From NCBI GenBank assembly GCA_963845085.1, contig CAWJQI010000004.1, forward strand, positions 160,001 through 224,000: DNA of 64,000 bases. Direction: 5' to 3'. Shown here piece by piece: positions 26,974 to 37,552 of this stretch. The position numbers and the translations under genes were made by a program. Every line of letters begins with the position of its first letter. Within the stretch, counting starts at the first letter, position 1. Origin of the DNA: Candidatus Fermentibacterota bacterium (GTDB lineage: Bacteria > Fermentibacterota > Fermentibacteria > Fermentibacterales > JCC-6). Under the pieces are notes generated by a model that worked only from the letters and a program-made list of their open reading frames with translations, was not told the origin of the DNA and made no database searches.

Positions 26974-28063
26974 CGGCAGGGCGAGGGCCGGGATCCTCGA
27001 GCTCCCGCACGGGTCGGTTGAGACCCCTGCATTCATGCCCGTGGGCACCCAGGCAACGGTCAAGACCGCCAGGAACAGCGACCTGTTGCTCATGGACTAC
27101 GGAATGATCCTGTGCAACACCTATCACCTCTACCTCAGGCCTGGCAGGGACGTGATTGAGAAGGCGGGCGGTCTGCATCGCTTCATGGACTGGAATCGCT
27201 GCATCCTCACCGACTCGGGGGGGTTCCAGCTTTTCAGCCTCTCCTCCCTCCGCAAGGTGAGCGAGGAGGGGTACAGCTTTCAGTCGCACATCGACGGATC
27301 GAGCCACACGCTTACCCCCGAAGGCGTTCTGGACCTTCAGCGTGCTTTCGGAAGCGATGTGATGATGGTGCTGGATGAGTGTCTCGAGCAGCCGAGCGGC
27401 AGGGAGCGTACCGAGGAATCCATGAAGCTGACTCTCCGGTGGGCTGAGAGGGCGGCACGGCTTCACACCGGGGGGGGTGGAGCCCTTTTCGGCATAGTGC
27501 AGGGCGGCTCTTTTCCCGACCTTCGCGAGCGTTGCGCACGGGAACTCGTGGCGATGGGCTTCGACGGGTATGCCATAGGCGGGGTTGCGGTGGGCGAGGA
27601 CCGGGCCAACATGGAAATCGCCGTGGAAAGCTGTGTCGACATTCTGCCGGTTCAAAGGCCAAGATACCTGATGGGAGTGGGAAAGCCCGAGGATCTTGTA
27701 GACTTCACCGCCATGGGAGTGGACATGTTCGACTGCGTCGTGCCCACAAGGAACGCAAGGGGCGCATGTTTCTTCGTTCCAGGCGGAAGGCTCAATCTTA
27801 GAAACGCCAGGTTCAGAACCGACTTCCGCCCCGTTCAGCCCGATTGTGACTGCTTTGTCTGTGCGAATCACACCAGGGCGTACCTCAGGCACCTCTTCAC
27901 ATCCAGGGAATGGCTTGCGCCGATCATGGCAACGATCCACAACCTCCACCATTTCGCCGTTCTCATGAGGGAAATGCGGGGAAGGATAATCGACGGATCC
28001 TTCCAGCAGTGGCGGGCCGACTGGCACAGGAAACGCGGGGTGTTCAGGGCGGATGCCTACTGA
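26936..28063 (+). CDS. tgt: tRNA-guanine transglycosylase
   Basis: TPAFMPVGT, NTYHL, TDSGGFQ, FGIVQGG, DMFDCVVPTR, CDCFVC zinc site. Confidence 0.97.
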   Translation: MMNHNPFSLTASDGRARAGILELPHGSVETPAFMPVGTQATVKTARNSDLLLMDYGMILCNTYHLYLRPGRDVIEKAGGLHRFMDWNRCILTDSGGFQLFSLSSLRKVSEEGYSFQSHIDGSSHTLTPEGVLDLQRAFGSDVMMVLDECLEQPSGRERTEESMKLTLRWAERAARLHTGGGGALFGIVQGGSFPDLRERCARELVAMGFDGYAIGGVAVGEDRANMEIAVESCVDILPVQRPRYLMGVGKPEDLVDFTAMGVDMFDCVVPTRNARGACFFVPGGRLNLRNARFRTDFRPVQPDCDCFVCANHTRAYLRHLFTSREWLAPIMATIHNLHHFAVLMREMRGRIIDGSFQQWRADWHRKRGVFRADAY

Positions 28064-29264
28064 CCTCCCCCTCACGCTGAACGTTGTTTCCCTTGGAAAC
28101 AGGGTTGGCGGTATAGCGAGGCCCGACGACGGCCCCGCGGTCTTCATTCCCGGGGCGCTGCCCGGCGAGACGGTGAAAGCCCGCATTGTCACGCGCAGAA
28201 AAAACCACTGTGAGGCAATACTGCTCGAAGTGATCGAGCCCAGTCCGGAAAGGGTCTCTCCTTTCTGTCCGCTGCATGGAAAGTGCGGGGGGTGCTCGCT
28301 TCAGCATCTTGAGTACGGGAGCCAGCTCTTCTGGAAGCGCAGATGGATACAAAAAGCGCTCAATTCTTTCCCGGAATGCACAATCGACGGGGTCACCCCC
28401 TCGCCGGAAACCAGGGGGTTTCGGAACAGGGTCACTTTCGACGTCATCGAAGGCATGCCCTGCCTTCACGCCTATCGGGGCGATCCGTTTCCAGTGCAGG
28501 ACTGTCCGGCCCTCGACTCGTCGGGAAGGGTGGTGCTGGGTGAGATACTCCGCACCGGGGTTCCAGCCGGTGTGAACACGATCTCGATCAGGTGCTCGAA
28601 CCACACTGGTGGCACGCTTGTCGAGGTCGATGGCAAGGCTGACGGGCTGCCGGATGCCTGGGGACCGGCCCGTTCGGAGAAGTCCGCTCCCGGAACGAAC
28701 CAACTCATTGAGCGGCTTCTGAAATGGACCTTTCCCATCCCTCCGGGGGGCTTCTTCCAGGTCAACACCCCCGCGGCCGAACTGCTTCTCGGAGCTGTGC
28801 TCGAACATGCGACAGGCGGAAAAACACTCGACCTGTACGGCGGGGCAGGCACCTTCGGCATCCCACTTGCCTGCCGGGGCGCCCCGGTGGAAAGCGTCGA
28901 GACGAACATGAACGCGGCAAACGCCGCCAGGGCGGCCGCGGCCATGAACGGCGCAACCGGGTTCAAGTCCTTCTGTGAGAGCGATGCCTCGTTTCTGTCA
29001 AGGGCATGCAGGGCCGGAAGGTCATTCGACACCGTCATACTCGATCCCCCGCGAGCCGGTGCGGGCGCGGCGATCATGGAGATGCTTGCACGGGTTTCGA
29101 GGGGGATGATCATCTACATCAGCTGCAACCCGTTCACCGCTGCAAGGGATCTGGCGGTTCTCGCAGCGGTGGGTTTCGGCTTGAAAAAAGCAATGCCGGT
29201 GGACATGTTCCCCCACACCGACCATGTTGAAACAGTTCTTCTTCTCGAAAGGACAGGGGTTTGA
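28053..29264 (+). CDS. rlmD: TRAM-domain RNA (uracil-5)-methyltransferase, RlmD/TrmA family
   Basis: GALPGE, CGGC Fe-S motif, FFQVN, LDPPRAG, YISCNP, DMFPHTDHVE. Confidence 0.9.
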   Translation: MPTDLPLTLNVVSLGNRVGGIARPDDGPAVFIPGALPGETVKARIVTRRKNHCEAILLEVIEPSPERVSPFCPLHGKCGGCSLQHLEYGSQLFWKRRWIQKALNSFPECTIDGVTPSPETRGFRNRVTFDVIEGMPCLHAYRGDPFPVQDCPALDSSGRVVLGEILRTGVPAGVNTISIRCSNHTGGTLVEVDGKADGLPDAWGPARSEKSAPGTNQLIERLLKWTFPIPPGGFFQVNTPAAELLLGAVLEHATGGKTLDLYGGAGTFGIPLACRGAPVESVETNMNAANAARAAAAMNGATGFKSFCESDASFLSRACRAGRSFDTVILDPPRAGAGAAIMEMLARVSRGMIIYISCNPFTAARDLAVLAAVGFGLKKAMPVDMFPHTDHVETVLLLERTGV

Positions 29265-30664
29265 AATATCTGCTCGCCTTGATCATCACGATTGGCACAA
29301 ACCTTGAAGCCGGGGCGCTTCCGCTCGAATCGCCCTATGAAATCTGGCTCCGGCACCTCGAGGCAGCAGGCGATTCCCTGTTCCCCGGCACGCTACCCTC
29401 TCCCCTCGATGTCACAGCTGAAGGTCCATTCCGAGACCTGTGGAATGGCCTGTCCCGGCTTTCTTCAAGGCCCTCCAGGCGTTTCTTCAGCGAAAGCATT
29501 TTCTGGGGGCTCGAGGCGGCACTGCAGGGGGGGCACGATGATGAGGCCTTCACGAACGCGGCAGGCATCAAGTTCAGAACTGCGGGCACGATTGCCGGAG
29601 GGCTTACGTTCGATCACCAGGCGTCGGTCTGGACAGGCAGCGACGACCTCCCCCCGGGTGGGTTCAGCGAATACCACATCCATCCAAATCAGGAGCCGGG
29701 CAGGCACCTCTATTCGGACTGGGGCTGGCTCGACTACACATCGCGCCGCATTTCGGCAAGGCTTGGCCGCTTCGCCCAGCAATGGGGCCCCGGCAGGTTC
29801 ACCCAGCTCCTCGTCAGCGACAACTCCCCTCCGCTGGATCAGCTCCAGGCTTCATTCCGTTTCTCTGACAGGGTGAGCTTCACGGGCTTCACATCCACGA
29901 TCGAGCCTGACTCCGGCAGCTGGTTCTGCGCTCACAGGCTTGACATCCTTCCGACCGACAATCTGCGGATCGGGCTGTACGAAGGCGCGTTCTACACAAC
30001 AACAACCCTTGACCTTGCCTACACGAATCCCATTCTCTTCTGGTACGCCGTACAATGGAACGAACAGAACGACGACAACCTGTTCATGGGCCTCGACGCA
30101 ACATGGAAACCGCACCGTCACCTTGCCGTCTACATGGAATGGCTCATCGACGACATACAGTATCAAACGACATACAACCGTCCGAACAAGATGGGCGGAA
30201 CGCTCGGCGTTGACTGGGTGCACCCCTCAACGGGGCTGGCGGTTGCAGCGGAGTACACCGCCATCCAGAAATACGTCTACAGCCAGAAGCTCCTGAGCAA
30301 CATCTTCCTGCACAACGGGCGGATCATCGGGAGCGAACTGGGTCCCGACGCCGACAGGGCGACCCTCTCTCTGGGATACGCCGGCATGTGGCCCATGACG
30401 GCCGAGCTCCGGGGAAGCTTCTCCCGGCACGGCGTCGGAACTGTCTACGACGGATTCGGCGACACCGTAACGGCGGGCGAACCCTGGCCTTCGGGGATCA
30501 TCGAATACACCAGGGATGTTGAACTGAACATGAGCTACCGGCTTTCCGGGGATTTCACGCTCCATGGTTCGGCGGGCTACAGCGACACTGACAATGCGGG
30601 CAACGTTCAGGACTCGACTGCGAGCGATGCAAGGGCATCGCTGAGGCTGGTTTACGCCATCTAG
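29261..30664 (+). CDS. Capsule assembly Wzi-family outer membrane protein
   Basis: Signal peptide; GRFAQQWGPG...LLVSDNSPP, AHRL, DDNLFMG, YMEWLIDD, GSELGPDAD. Confidence 0.75.
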   Translation: MKYLLALIITIGTNLEAGALPLESPYEIWLRHLEAAGDSLFPGTLPSPLDVTAEGPFRDLWNGLSRLSSRPSRRFFSESIFWGLEAALQGGHDDEAFTNAAGIKFRTAGTIAGGLTFDHQASVWTGSDDLPPGGFSEYHIHPNQEPGRHLYSDWGWLDYTSRRISARLGRFAQQWGPGRFTQLLVSDNSPPLDQLQASFRFSDRVSFTGFTSTIEPDSGSWFCAHRLDILPTDNLRIGLYEGAFYTTTTLDLAYTNPILFWYAVQWNEQNDDNLFMGLDATWKPHRHLAVYMEWLIDDIQYQTTYNRPNKMGGTLGVDWVHPSTGLAVAAEYTAIQKYVYSQKLLSNIFLHNGRIIGSELGPDADRATLSLGYAGMWPMTAELRGSFSRHGVGTVYDGFGDTVTAGEPWPSGIIEYTRDVELNMSYRLSGDFTLHGSAGYSDTDNAGNVQDSTASDARASLRLVYAI

Positions 30665-33600
30665 TACCTGATCGTGTAATGGAGTTCGAAGGTGGGTTCC
30701 TGGTTTCCGCTCAGGGTCGTCTTGGTGCTTCCCTGCAGGTAGATATCACGGTTGAAGTAATACTGGGCGCTCATCGTTCCGGGTTTTGCACTGAAAACGT
30801 CGTCGGTGTAGCTCACATACAGGTTGGGCAGCACGTATTTGCCGACCTCCACGGTGAGGCCGGTTGTATCCGAGAGCAGGTCCGGGCTGATCGAAAGGGC
30901 ATCGAGCCCCATTCCTTCCCTGACGCTTCTTGCCAGCATGTTCCCGAGAACTCCCTGGGTTACGCTTTCCAGCTCTGTCTCAAGCGCGCCGGAATCCATC
31001 TGCTGCATCTCTCCGTAGGTCATCCCCAGTGTGAGAAGTGTCACGATGTCCTCGTTCGTGAGGTCCCCTGCATCCCCGCTTCCCGAGAGGGCTATCTCGG
31101 GTTTTTCCGGGTCTCCCGTGACATTGACCTCGATGGTGTAGACCTCGCGGCTCATCGAACTGCGTACCCTTGCCTCGGCTGTGATGTTCAGCATGAAGCT
31201 GGGCGGGGTTCCCTGAATGATCTCCACCGTGCCGCTCGTGATGCGGAAGTCCTTGTTCAACACACTCACTGTTCCCCTGACGACGCTGATGTTGCCGGTG
31301 AAGACGGGCCGGCCTTCCTGTGTGAGAATGGTGATGTCGGCTGCAAGCTCGATGTTCATGTAGCTGTTTCTCAGCCAGAGGCCACGCTCCGCCAGAACAT
31401 CGATGTAAAGGTCCATCGGCAGCTCCGCAGCCTGGGCTTCACCGCCTGAGCCCGCCGTGCCCTGCTCGCTCTGAAGGGCGATCACTCCCTCGTCAAGCCT
31501 GATCTTTCCCCGGATGATGGGCCTCTGGCTCATGTCGCTGCTCGAGGTGGAAAGGCTTCCACTCAGCGAAACCCAGCCCATGCCGTTCAGTATCGTCTCC
31601 CATCCGTTGAGTTCGGCCCGGAAAGAGTACTCCTCAAGTTCAACGGGGGGCTCGCCGGTGCGAAGCGGGATGTTCTCGCTCAGTCTCGCCCTGAGTTCGG
31701 CTGAAAGGGCGGGATGGTTGCCCTGTCCGCTGGTGATCCGGAATGAGGCGTTGTAATCATCGCCGGCGCGCGGGTCAGGATATGAGATGTACAGCGACGA
31801 CATGGGAAACTCCAGTCCGGCGCCCGCGATGTAGAACCTCTGGAAATGGCCTGCAAGGCCCGCGGACAGGTAGGGATCATCCCTGCTGTACTCGATCCTT
31901 GAACTGATGCTCGCCCCGCTGGTCATGATGGGAAACGGCAGAATGTAGAGAAGCCAGTCTCCCACTCCTGTCAGCTCTGCTTCGAGTGCCACAAGCCTTT
32001 CCGGGGAAAGGTCGATCGCCGTTCCGTTCCAGACGCTGTCCATTGAAAGGCTGACGCCGCTTCTGATACCATCGCTCCAGATCCAGATCCCGTCGACCGT
32101 GAGCAATCCACCAATAAGGGAGGCGTCGACAGTGATGCTGTCGCCCTGGGTCCAGGGGCCGTACGTGGGATCGTCAACGCACGCATGCAGAAGCACTTCG
32201 AGATCGCCCGGGCGGCCTTCCGCCTGTATGTCCGAGCTGAACACCCCCGAGATGGGCAGATCCAGCCCGAGAACCAGACCCAGCGATGCCAGATCAACCG
32301 ATCTGGTTGCAAATGATGCGCTTATCTCTCCATCGCTTCCGACCCTGCCGCTGCCCCTCAGATAACCGGCAGGTGGGTCGATCCAGATGCTGTCTATCCC
32401 CATCGCACCGTCGGGGGAGATCACCAGTTCGGCGCCGCCGGCCCTGACAAGCCTGAGCTTGTTCATCGTCACCCTGATGGAATCAAGTGCAACCGAGACC
32501 GTGTCACCGGCCATGTCGACAGAAAGACCGGCCACCACTCTTGCTCCGCCTTCATGAAGGATCTCCAGCGAATCGACCCGGATCATTCCATTGCGCGATT
32601 CTGCGTGGATTCCCACCGACAGATTTCCGCCGGAGGTTTCCACCCGGTCCGAACTGATGCGGAGGGAACCTGATGGGAGGTCATCAGCAAGCGAGACATC
32701 GGCCAGGACTTCGCAATCCAGTGCCAGAAGCCCCCCGATTGCTGCAGTATCAACCGACGCAGTCCCCGCAAAGCCGATGTTCGGCAGCCCGCCCGAGGGA
32801 AGCCCAAGGCTGAACGCGCCATCCAGGACAACACCCGACAAGTGTGAATCCCCGGCTGATAGGCCTGCGAGACCGCTCTCGCCGTCGAAGCCAACCGTCA
32901 CTCCCCGTGAGCCCGAGATGTCAACGACGGCATCCCCGATCAGGAAAAGGCCCGAGGCTTCAATGGTGTCGAGTTCTGCACCTTCGGCCCGCACATCGCA
33001 GGCGAACCTGAATCGTTCGAGGGTTCCCTGCCCGTCGAGCCGTGCAACGAACCCCGTAAGTCCGGTCAACGGGGAGGCGGGTTCGATCAAGCCGAGAATT
33101 TCGCGGGCATTGTCCACCCTGGCAACGGCGGAACCGCTCCAGGAGACGGGCTCAAAACCTTCGCCAAGGGCGACGACCCACTCCGAGCCGATCTCGGCGC
33201 CCAGGACGGAGGCGGACAATGTTCCGAAAACACTTGCGGGATCTGCTTCGGCATGGAGATGCAACCATTCGAAAGCAACCCCGGCAAGCTCCTGCCCCTG
33301 GAGGTCCAGATCGATGATACCGGACGAGAGAACCTCACCCGATCCGGAGACGCTCGCCGACATGGTTCCCGTGAGCGAACCCGGGGGAGAATCCCGGCTC
33401 CAGTCGGAAGGATCGAACAGGTCGAATTCAACTTCACACTCGCCGTTCCATACGGGGCCGGAAAAAGCCATTCGACCCGCAAGCGACCCACTGATCCCGG
33501 GGGTCGAGAAGTTGACCACGCCAGCGCTGGCGTCATCCATGCTTCCCGAAATGGAATCGGCAGTGAAACCGATGTCCCTCTCCATGAAGCGGACATTCCC

Positions 33601-34485
33601 CTCGCTGATCGTCACCGAGCCCTCGGGATTGGTTGTCGTTCCGGAAATGACGGCGGTCATGCGGCCCTCAGCCAGGGGCGCATCGGGTATGAAGGACGTG
33701 GTGAAGTTTCCCTCGCCGGATAGCGATAGAGAACTGTCGGACTGCAGTGTTCCCTGAATGATCATGGTTCCGGCGGGAGAGACGGCCGTAAAATCGCGAA
33801 GGGTGACAATGGATGTGTCGATCGTGAGGCTGCCGGAACCGGTAATGGCGCCGAACAACGGGATGAACACACCCCCCGAGTACACTTCGAGCTCTGCGGG
33901 AGTGTCCGAAAAAACACGGGCGCAGATGCTCATCGAGTCTACGAGCACTGTTCCATCATTGTCTACGATTCTTCCGCTTCGAATTCCGAGCGTGTCGACA
34001 TCAGTGACGAATCCCGTGATAACGTTCTGAAAGAGGGGTTTCATGTCGGGATCGGGCTCGGAAGGGGGACCGGAGGCGGGTCTGGGGACCTGTATGCCGA
34101 GAGAATCGGCCCAGACGTTCTGAAGGCCGGTTCCGAGCAGGTAGCTCACCAGGCTTCCCCTTACGGTGATTCCACTGACTATTACCTTGAGGCCGAGTGA
34201 GTCGCTCACTACGACCGAGTCCGCGCGGGTGCCGAAGAAAATCCCCGATGCAAAACCGTGAACACCCACCGAAATGTTGCCGTCGTCGGCAAATGCCCCC
34301 ACCGCAAGACGGACGGCCCAGGACAGGCCTCCTGTGAGCAGGAGGAGGTATGGAACGACTGCGGCGAGCAGGATGATGACGAGTATCACCCTGGTTTTGG
34401 AGCGGCGTTTGACCCCCTCAGAAGGTCTGCCCGATGGCAAAGTAGAACCTCCCCCTCTTGAAGCCGTCGCGCCATGTCGGTGCAA
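30661..34485 (-). CDS. tamB: Translocation/assembly module TamB-like protein (true start probably nearer 34389)
   Basis: N-terminal anchor; long beta-rich body; C-terminal DUF490-like part (VEVGKYVLPNLYVSY...YTIRY); directly downstream of tamA. Confidence 0.85.
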   Translation of the reverse strand: MHRHGATASRGGGSTLPSGRPSEGVKRRSKTRVILVIILLAAVVPYLLLLTGGLSWAVRLAVGAFADDGNISVGVHGFASGIFFGTRADSVVVSDSLGLKVIVSGITVRGSLVSYLLGTGLQNVWADSLGIQVPRPASGPPSEPDPDMKPLFQNVITGFVTDVDTLGIRSGRIVDNDGTVLVDSMSICARVFSDTPAELEVYSGGVFIPLFGAITGSGSLTIDTSIVTLRDFTAVSPAGTMIIQGTLQSDSSLSLSGEGNFTTSFIPDAPLAEGRMTAVISGTTTNPEGSVTISEGNVRFMERDIGFTADSISGSMDDASAGVVNFSTPGISGSLAGRMAFSGPVWNGECEVEFDLFDPSDWSRDSPPGSLTGTMSASVSGSGEVLSSGIIDLDLQGQELAGVAFEWLHLHAEADPASVFGTLSASVLGAEIGSEWVVALGEGFEPVSWSGSAVARVDNAREILGLIEPASPLTGLTGFVARLDGQGTLERFRFACDVRAEGAELDTIEASGLFLIGDAVVDISGSRGVTVGFDGESGLAGLSAGDSHLSGVVLDGAFSLGLPSGGLPNIGFAGTASVDTAAIGGLLALDCEVLADVSLADDLPSGSLRISSDRVETSGGNLSVGIHAESRNGMIRVDSLEILHEGGARVVAGLSVDMAGDTVSVALDSIRVTMNKLRLVRAGGAELVISPDGAMGIDSIWIDPPAGYLRGSGRVGSDGEISASFATRSVDLASLGLVLGLDLPISGVFSSDIQAEGRPGDLEVLLHACVDDPTYGPWTQGDSITVDASLIGGLLTVDGIWIWSDGIRSGVSLSMDSVWNGTAIDLSPERLVALEAELTGVGDWLLYILPFPIMTSGASISSRIEYSRDDPYLSAGLAGHFQRFYIAGAGLEFPMSSLYISYPDPRAGDDYNASFRITSGQGNHPALSAELRARLSENIPLRTGEPPVELEEYSFRAELNGWETILNGMGWVSLSGSLSTSSSDMSQRPIIRGKIRLDEGVIALQSEQGTAGSGGEAQAAELPMDLYIDVLAERGLWLRNSYMNIELAADITILTQEGRPVFTGNISVVRGTVSVLNKDFRITSGTVEIIQGTPPSFMLNITAEARVRSSMSREVYTIEVNVTGDPEKPEIALSGSGDAGDLTNEDIVTLLTLGMTYGEMQQMDSGALETELESVTQGVLGNMLARSVREGMGLDALSISPDLLSDTTGLTVEVGKYVLPNLYVSYTDDVFSAKPGTMSAQYYFNRDIYLQGSTKTTLSGNQEPTFELHYTIRY

Positions 34486-36200
34486 ACCCGTAATCGAACC
34501 TGACGCGGGCTGAACGGGGTGCTGATCCTTAATCCAAGCCCTGTTCCAAGCCCTGCATCGGCTGTGGAAACTTCATCCACATCGTTCCAGATGCCCCCGG
34601 AATCGAGGAAGGCGGTGATGCCAAGGAATCTCCAAACCTTGAACCTGGCTTCGATGTTGCCAAGCAGCATGGTGTTCCCGCCCAATGGATTGCCATCATC
34701 GTCAACCGGTCCCATGGCATTGTAGGCGTAGCCCCTGACGGTGCTCGGACCGCCGAGGTAGAACCTGTCCGTGGGGGGGATCGAAACTGAACCGCTGTAG
34801 CCTTGAACTGTCCCGACCGCTCCCCTTGCTGCGAGGACCAGGTTTTCGCCGAAAGGGATGAAGAACCTGGCTTCGGTCTCCACCCTGTAAAAATCAAGAC
34901 CGCCGAGAAGGCCGCCCGAAACCTTTCCGCCCACCATCAGCCAGCGGCCCCGGGCTGGATCAAGCACCGGCGCCCTGGTATCGTTCACGACCGATGCGCT
35001 GAGGCTGCCGGTTGTGGTCCAGTCCTGGATGATCACCGTGTCCTCGCTGGTTGTCATGAAGCGGATCCTGTCGATGGCGTATCCGAAAGCGAAACGGACA
35101 TCCCGGGCCAGAAGCCGCGAGAAGCTGATCCCTGAACCGTAGCTTCGCTCCTCCTGGAAACTCCTCTGCAGGTACGTGTAGCTTCCGGTCAGCTTGCCGG
35201 TCCACCTCGAGGAGAGAAACCATGGCTCCTCGTAGGAAAGGGATGGCTCGACAAGGTCACCTTCCTGGCCGCTTGCAAAGTAGTGGGTCCAGGTGGATCC
35301 AATCGTCAGCCGCTGGTTGTTTCCCCAGATGTTCGGGTGCTTCCAGTATCCGCCCCAGAAAACGGCCGACGGGGATATGTAGCCGGTGCCCAGGTCGACA
35401 GTGTGATAGGGCTTTTCATGGACAACGACCTCAATGTCCATCACCGCGTCATCCTCGAGGGGGTGGTACCTGTAGCGGACATCGTTGAAAAGCCTCAGCG
35501 TGTAAATCCTTGCAAGGGATTCCCTCAGAATGTCCATGTTCAGCGAGTCTCCGGGTTGGAGGCTTATCTCCCTTGTCACGACAACCTGCCTGACCGATTC
35601 AAGACCGGAGACACTGACATTGCCAAGCACGAAACGGGGTCCTTCGGTGATCATGCACTGAAGTGTCCGGGTCGCTGGAATCGAGTCCGATCCGGAAGCG
35701 TCAAAGTCCATCAGCACAAAAGCGGCATCGGCTCTTACTCTTCCCCTGCTGCTGTAGACCGACCTGATGGACCGTCTGAATTCAAGGGTATCAAGAGGTG
35801 TGATGGGCTCGCCCGGCAGCAGGCCAAGAAGACCTCTGAGCTCGCTCTCATCAAAAAGGGTTGCGCCCGAGATCACCACGTCGCCGAGGAGGGATCTTCG
35901 CCCGGATTGGATCGATATTCCAACGGCTTGTGTGCCGGAGTCCCAGGCCGGCCAGGAGACTTCCACTAAAGCATCGAGGTAGCCGTGGTTTCTGAGGTTT
36001 GACAGCACCCCGTTGCCCACAAGAACCCTTGATAGCCCGTAGACGGATGCTCCGACCTCAAGGCCGGTGCCCGACAGGAGAGTACCCTCGTCCAGAGGCG
36101 GATTGCCCGTGAAGTACACCGAATCTATACTCGGCCCCAGGGAAGCCGACGCAACAGCCAGCAGTCCCCAGCAAAGAACAGGTGAGATCCATGAATACAT
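34386..36200 (-). CDS. tamA: BamA/TamA-family outer membrane protein; frameshift near the 3' end (native end probably 34418)
   Basis: POTRA domains, RFYLGGPSTVRGY, GLGLRISTPF; the canonical ending lies in another frame. Confidence 0.85.
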   Translation of the reverse strand: MYSWISPVLCWGLLAVASASLGPSIDSVYFTGNPPLDEGTLLSGTGLEVGASVYGLSRVLVGNGVLSNLRNHGYLDALVEVSWPAWDSGTQAVGISIQSGRRSLLGDVVISGATLFDESELRGLLGLLPGEPITPLDTLEFRRSIRSVYSSRGRVRADAAFVLMDFDASGSDSIPATRTLQCMITEGPRFVLGNVSVSGLESVRQVVVTREISLQPGDSLNMDILRESLARIYTLRLFNDVRYRYHPLEDDAVMDIEVVVHEKPYHTVDLGTGYISPSAVFWGGYWKHPNIWGNNQRLTIGSTWTHYFASGQEGDLVEPSLSYEEPWFLSSRWTGKLTGSYTYLQRSFQEERSYGSGISFSRLLARDVRFAFGYAIDRIRFMTTSEDTVIIQDWTTTGSLSASVVNDTRAPVLDPARGRWLMVGGKVSGGLLGGLDFYRVETEARFFIPFGENLVLAARGAVGTVQGYSGSVSIPPTDRFYLGGPSTVRGYAYNAMGPVDDDGNPLGGNTMLLGNIEARFKVWRFLGITAFLDSGGIWNDVDEVSTADAGLGTGLGLRISTPFSPRQVRLRVCTDMARRLQEGEVLLCHRADLLRGSNAAPKPG

Positions 36201-36229
36201 ACCCTAAAACTAACACCTTCCCGCGGCAC

Positions 36230-37552
36230 TTGGCGAGTGCGGGATCAAGACCCGTAGTGCTTCTTGTCGGCGGCACCGATCCGAGCGGTGGAGCGGGTCT
36301 GTTCGCCGACGCCAGGGCGGTGGCGGCAATGGGAGGCCACGGGTGTTTTGCCCTCACTGCGGTAACGGTCCAGGATTCGGGAAGGGTCCACTCCTGGAGC
36401 CGGGTGGATCCCGGGCTGCTCAGGGCCCAGTTGAACGCCGTATGCAACGATGGTACGCCCGACGGTGTTAAAACGGGCATGTTGGGAAGCCCCGAAGCGG
36501 TCGAGATTGTTTCGGAGATCTACAGGTCAGCCGTTCAGCCCGCTCCCCTGGTCGTCGATCCTGTGCTCGCGGCCGGCAGTGGCGACAGTCTCGCAAGCGG
36601 AGACCTTTCCGAGTGCATTCTGAGAACCCTCGTCCCGATCGCCTCACTGCTGACACCTAATCTCGATGAGGCCGAAGCCCTCACTAAAAGGTCGGTGAGA
36701 ACTATCCGGGAGATGGAGGAAGCAGGCAGGGCCCTTCTTGAAGCAGGTTCGGCAGCGGTGCTGGTAAAGGGCGGTCATCTCGATGGTGCACCCTCCGACG
36801 TCCTCGTGACGGAAAACGGAGTCAGGATCTTCACGGGTGAAAGAATAATCCCCGGCAAGGTTCATGGAACGGGATGCACCCTCGCGTCGGCGTGTGCTGC
36901 GCTCATGGCTTCCGGCTACACTGCCGAAACTGCCGTGGAAAAGGCTCTTTCCTACCTCCGCGGAGCGATCAGGGACGGCTTCCGAAGAAACAACGGCTTT
37001 TTGATCGGTCACTTTCCCGGGATCGGCCCGGGGCCCTGCCCAGGGAACACTACATCCTTCTATGCCCCGCCCAGGTTCTGCCACGTCTGCGGTGGTTCGC
37101 TGGTGGGCGTTTCCGGGCACATGGCGTGTTCGGGATGCGGGCTTGTCTACTACAGGAACCCGCTTCCGGCAGTCATGGTGATCGTCAGTGACAAGGAAGG
37201 CAGGCTCCTGCTGGTCAGAAGGACCTTCGCTCCGGCCAGGGGCGAATTATGCTTTCCCGGCGGATTCATGGAGATTGGAGAAACCCCGGTGGAATGCGCG
37301 CGCCGTGAGCTTTTCGAGGAAACCGGTCTTTCCGCGGAATCCATGGAACTGGCCGGATCTGACTCAGACACCACTGATTACGGTGCTGTGGCTCTCTACA
37401 TCTTCCGCACGCAGGGTTATTCCGGCACACCGGTTCCCGGCGACGACGCCGCAGAGATTCTGTGGCTGCATCCGGCCGACATACCGCCGCTCGCCTTCGC
37501 CGCCCATAACCGCGCCCTCATCGGCACTCTCAGGGGGGACGGACTAAGATAA
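36230..37552 (+). CDS. thiD: Hydroxymethylpyrimidine/phosphomethylpyrimidine kinase fused to a zinc-ribbon Nudix hydrolase
   Basis: GTDPSGGAG, KTGML, VVDPV, LTPNLDEA, VKGGH, HGTGCT; then CHVC/CSGC and the Nudix box GFMEIGETPVECARRELFEETGL; start approximate. Confidence 0.9.
   Translation: MASAGSRPVVLLVGGTDPSGGAGLFADARAVAAMGGHGCFALTAVTVQDSGRVHSWSRVDPGLLRAQLNAVCNDGTPDGVKTGMLGSPEAVEIVSEIYRSAVQPAPLVVDPVLAAGSGDSLASGDLSECILRTLVPIASLLTPNLDEAEALTKRSVRTIREMEEAGRALLEAGSAAVLVKGGHLDGAPSDVLVTENGVRIFTGERIIPGKVHGTGCTLASACAALMASGYTAETAVEKALSYLRGAIRDGFRRNNGFLIGHFPGIGPGPCPGNTTSFYAPPRFCHVCGGSLVGVSGHMACSGCGLVYYRNPLPAVMVIVSDKEGRLLLVRRTFAPARGELCFPGGFMEIGETPVECARRELFEETGLSAESMELAGSDSDTTDYGAVALYIFRTQGYSGTPVPGDDAAEILWLHPADIPPLAFAAHNRALIGTLRGDGLR

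Noticed and set aside
24937..28063. queA/tgt as part of a 7-deazaguanine DNA-modification (dpd) system
   Set aside because: Tgt has canonical tRNA-type motifs and a zinc site; no dpd or other defence genes nearby.
26609..28192. 527-aa minus-strand ORF (also 12652..13833 and 61492..63084)
   Set aside because: Antisense to well-supported genes; typical high-GC shadow ORFs with no motifs.
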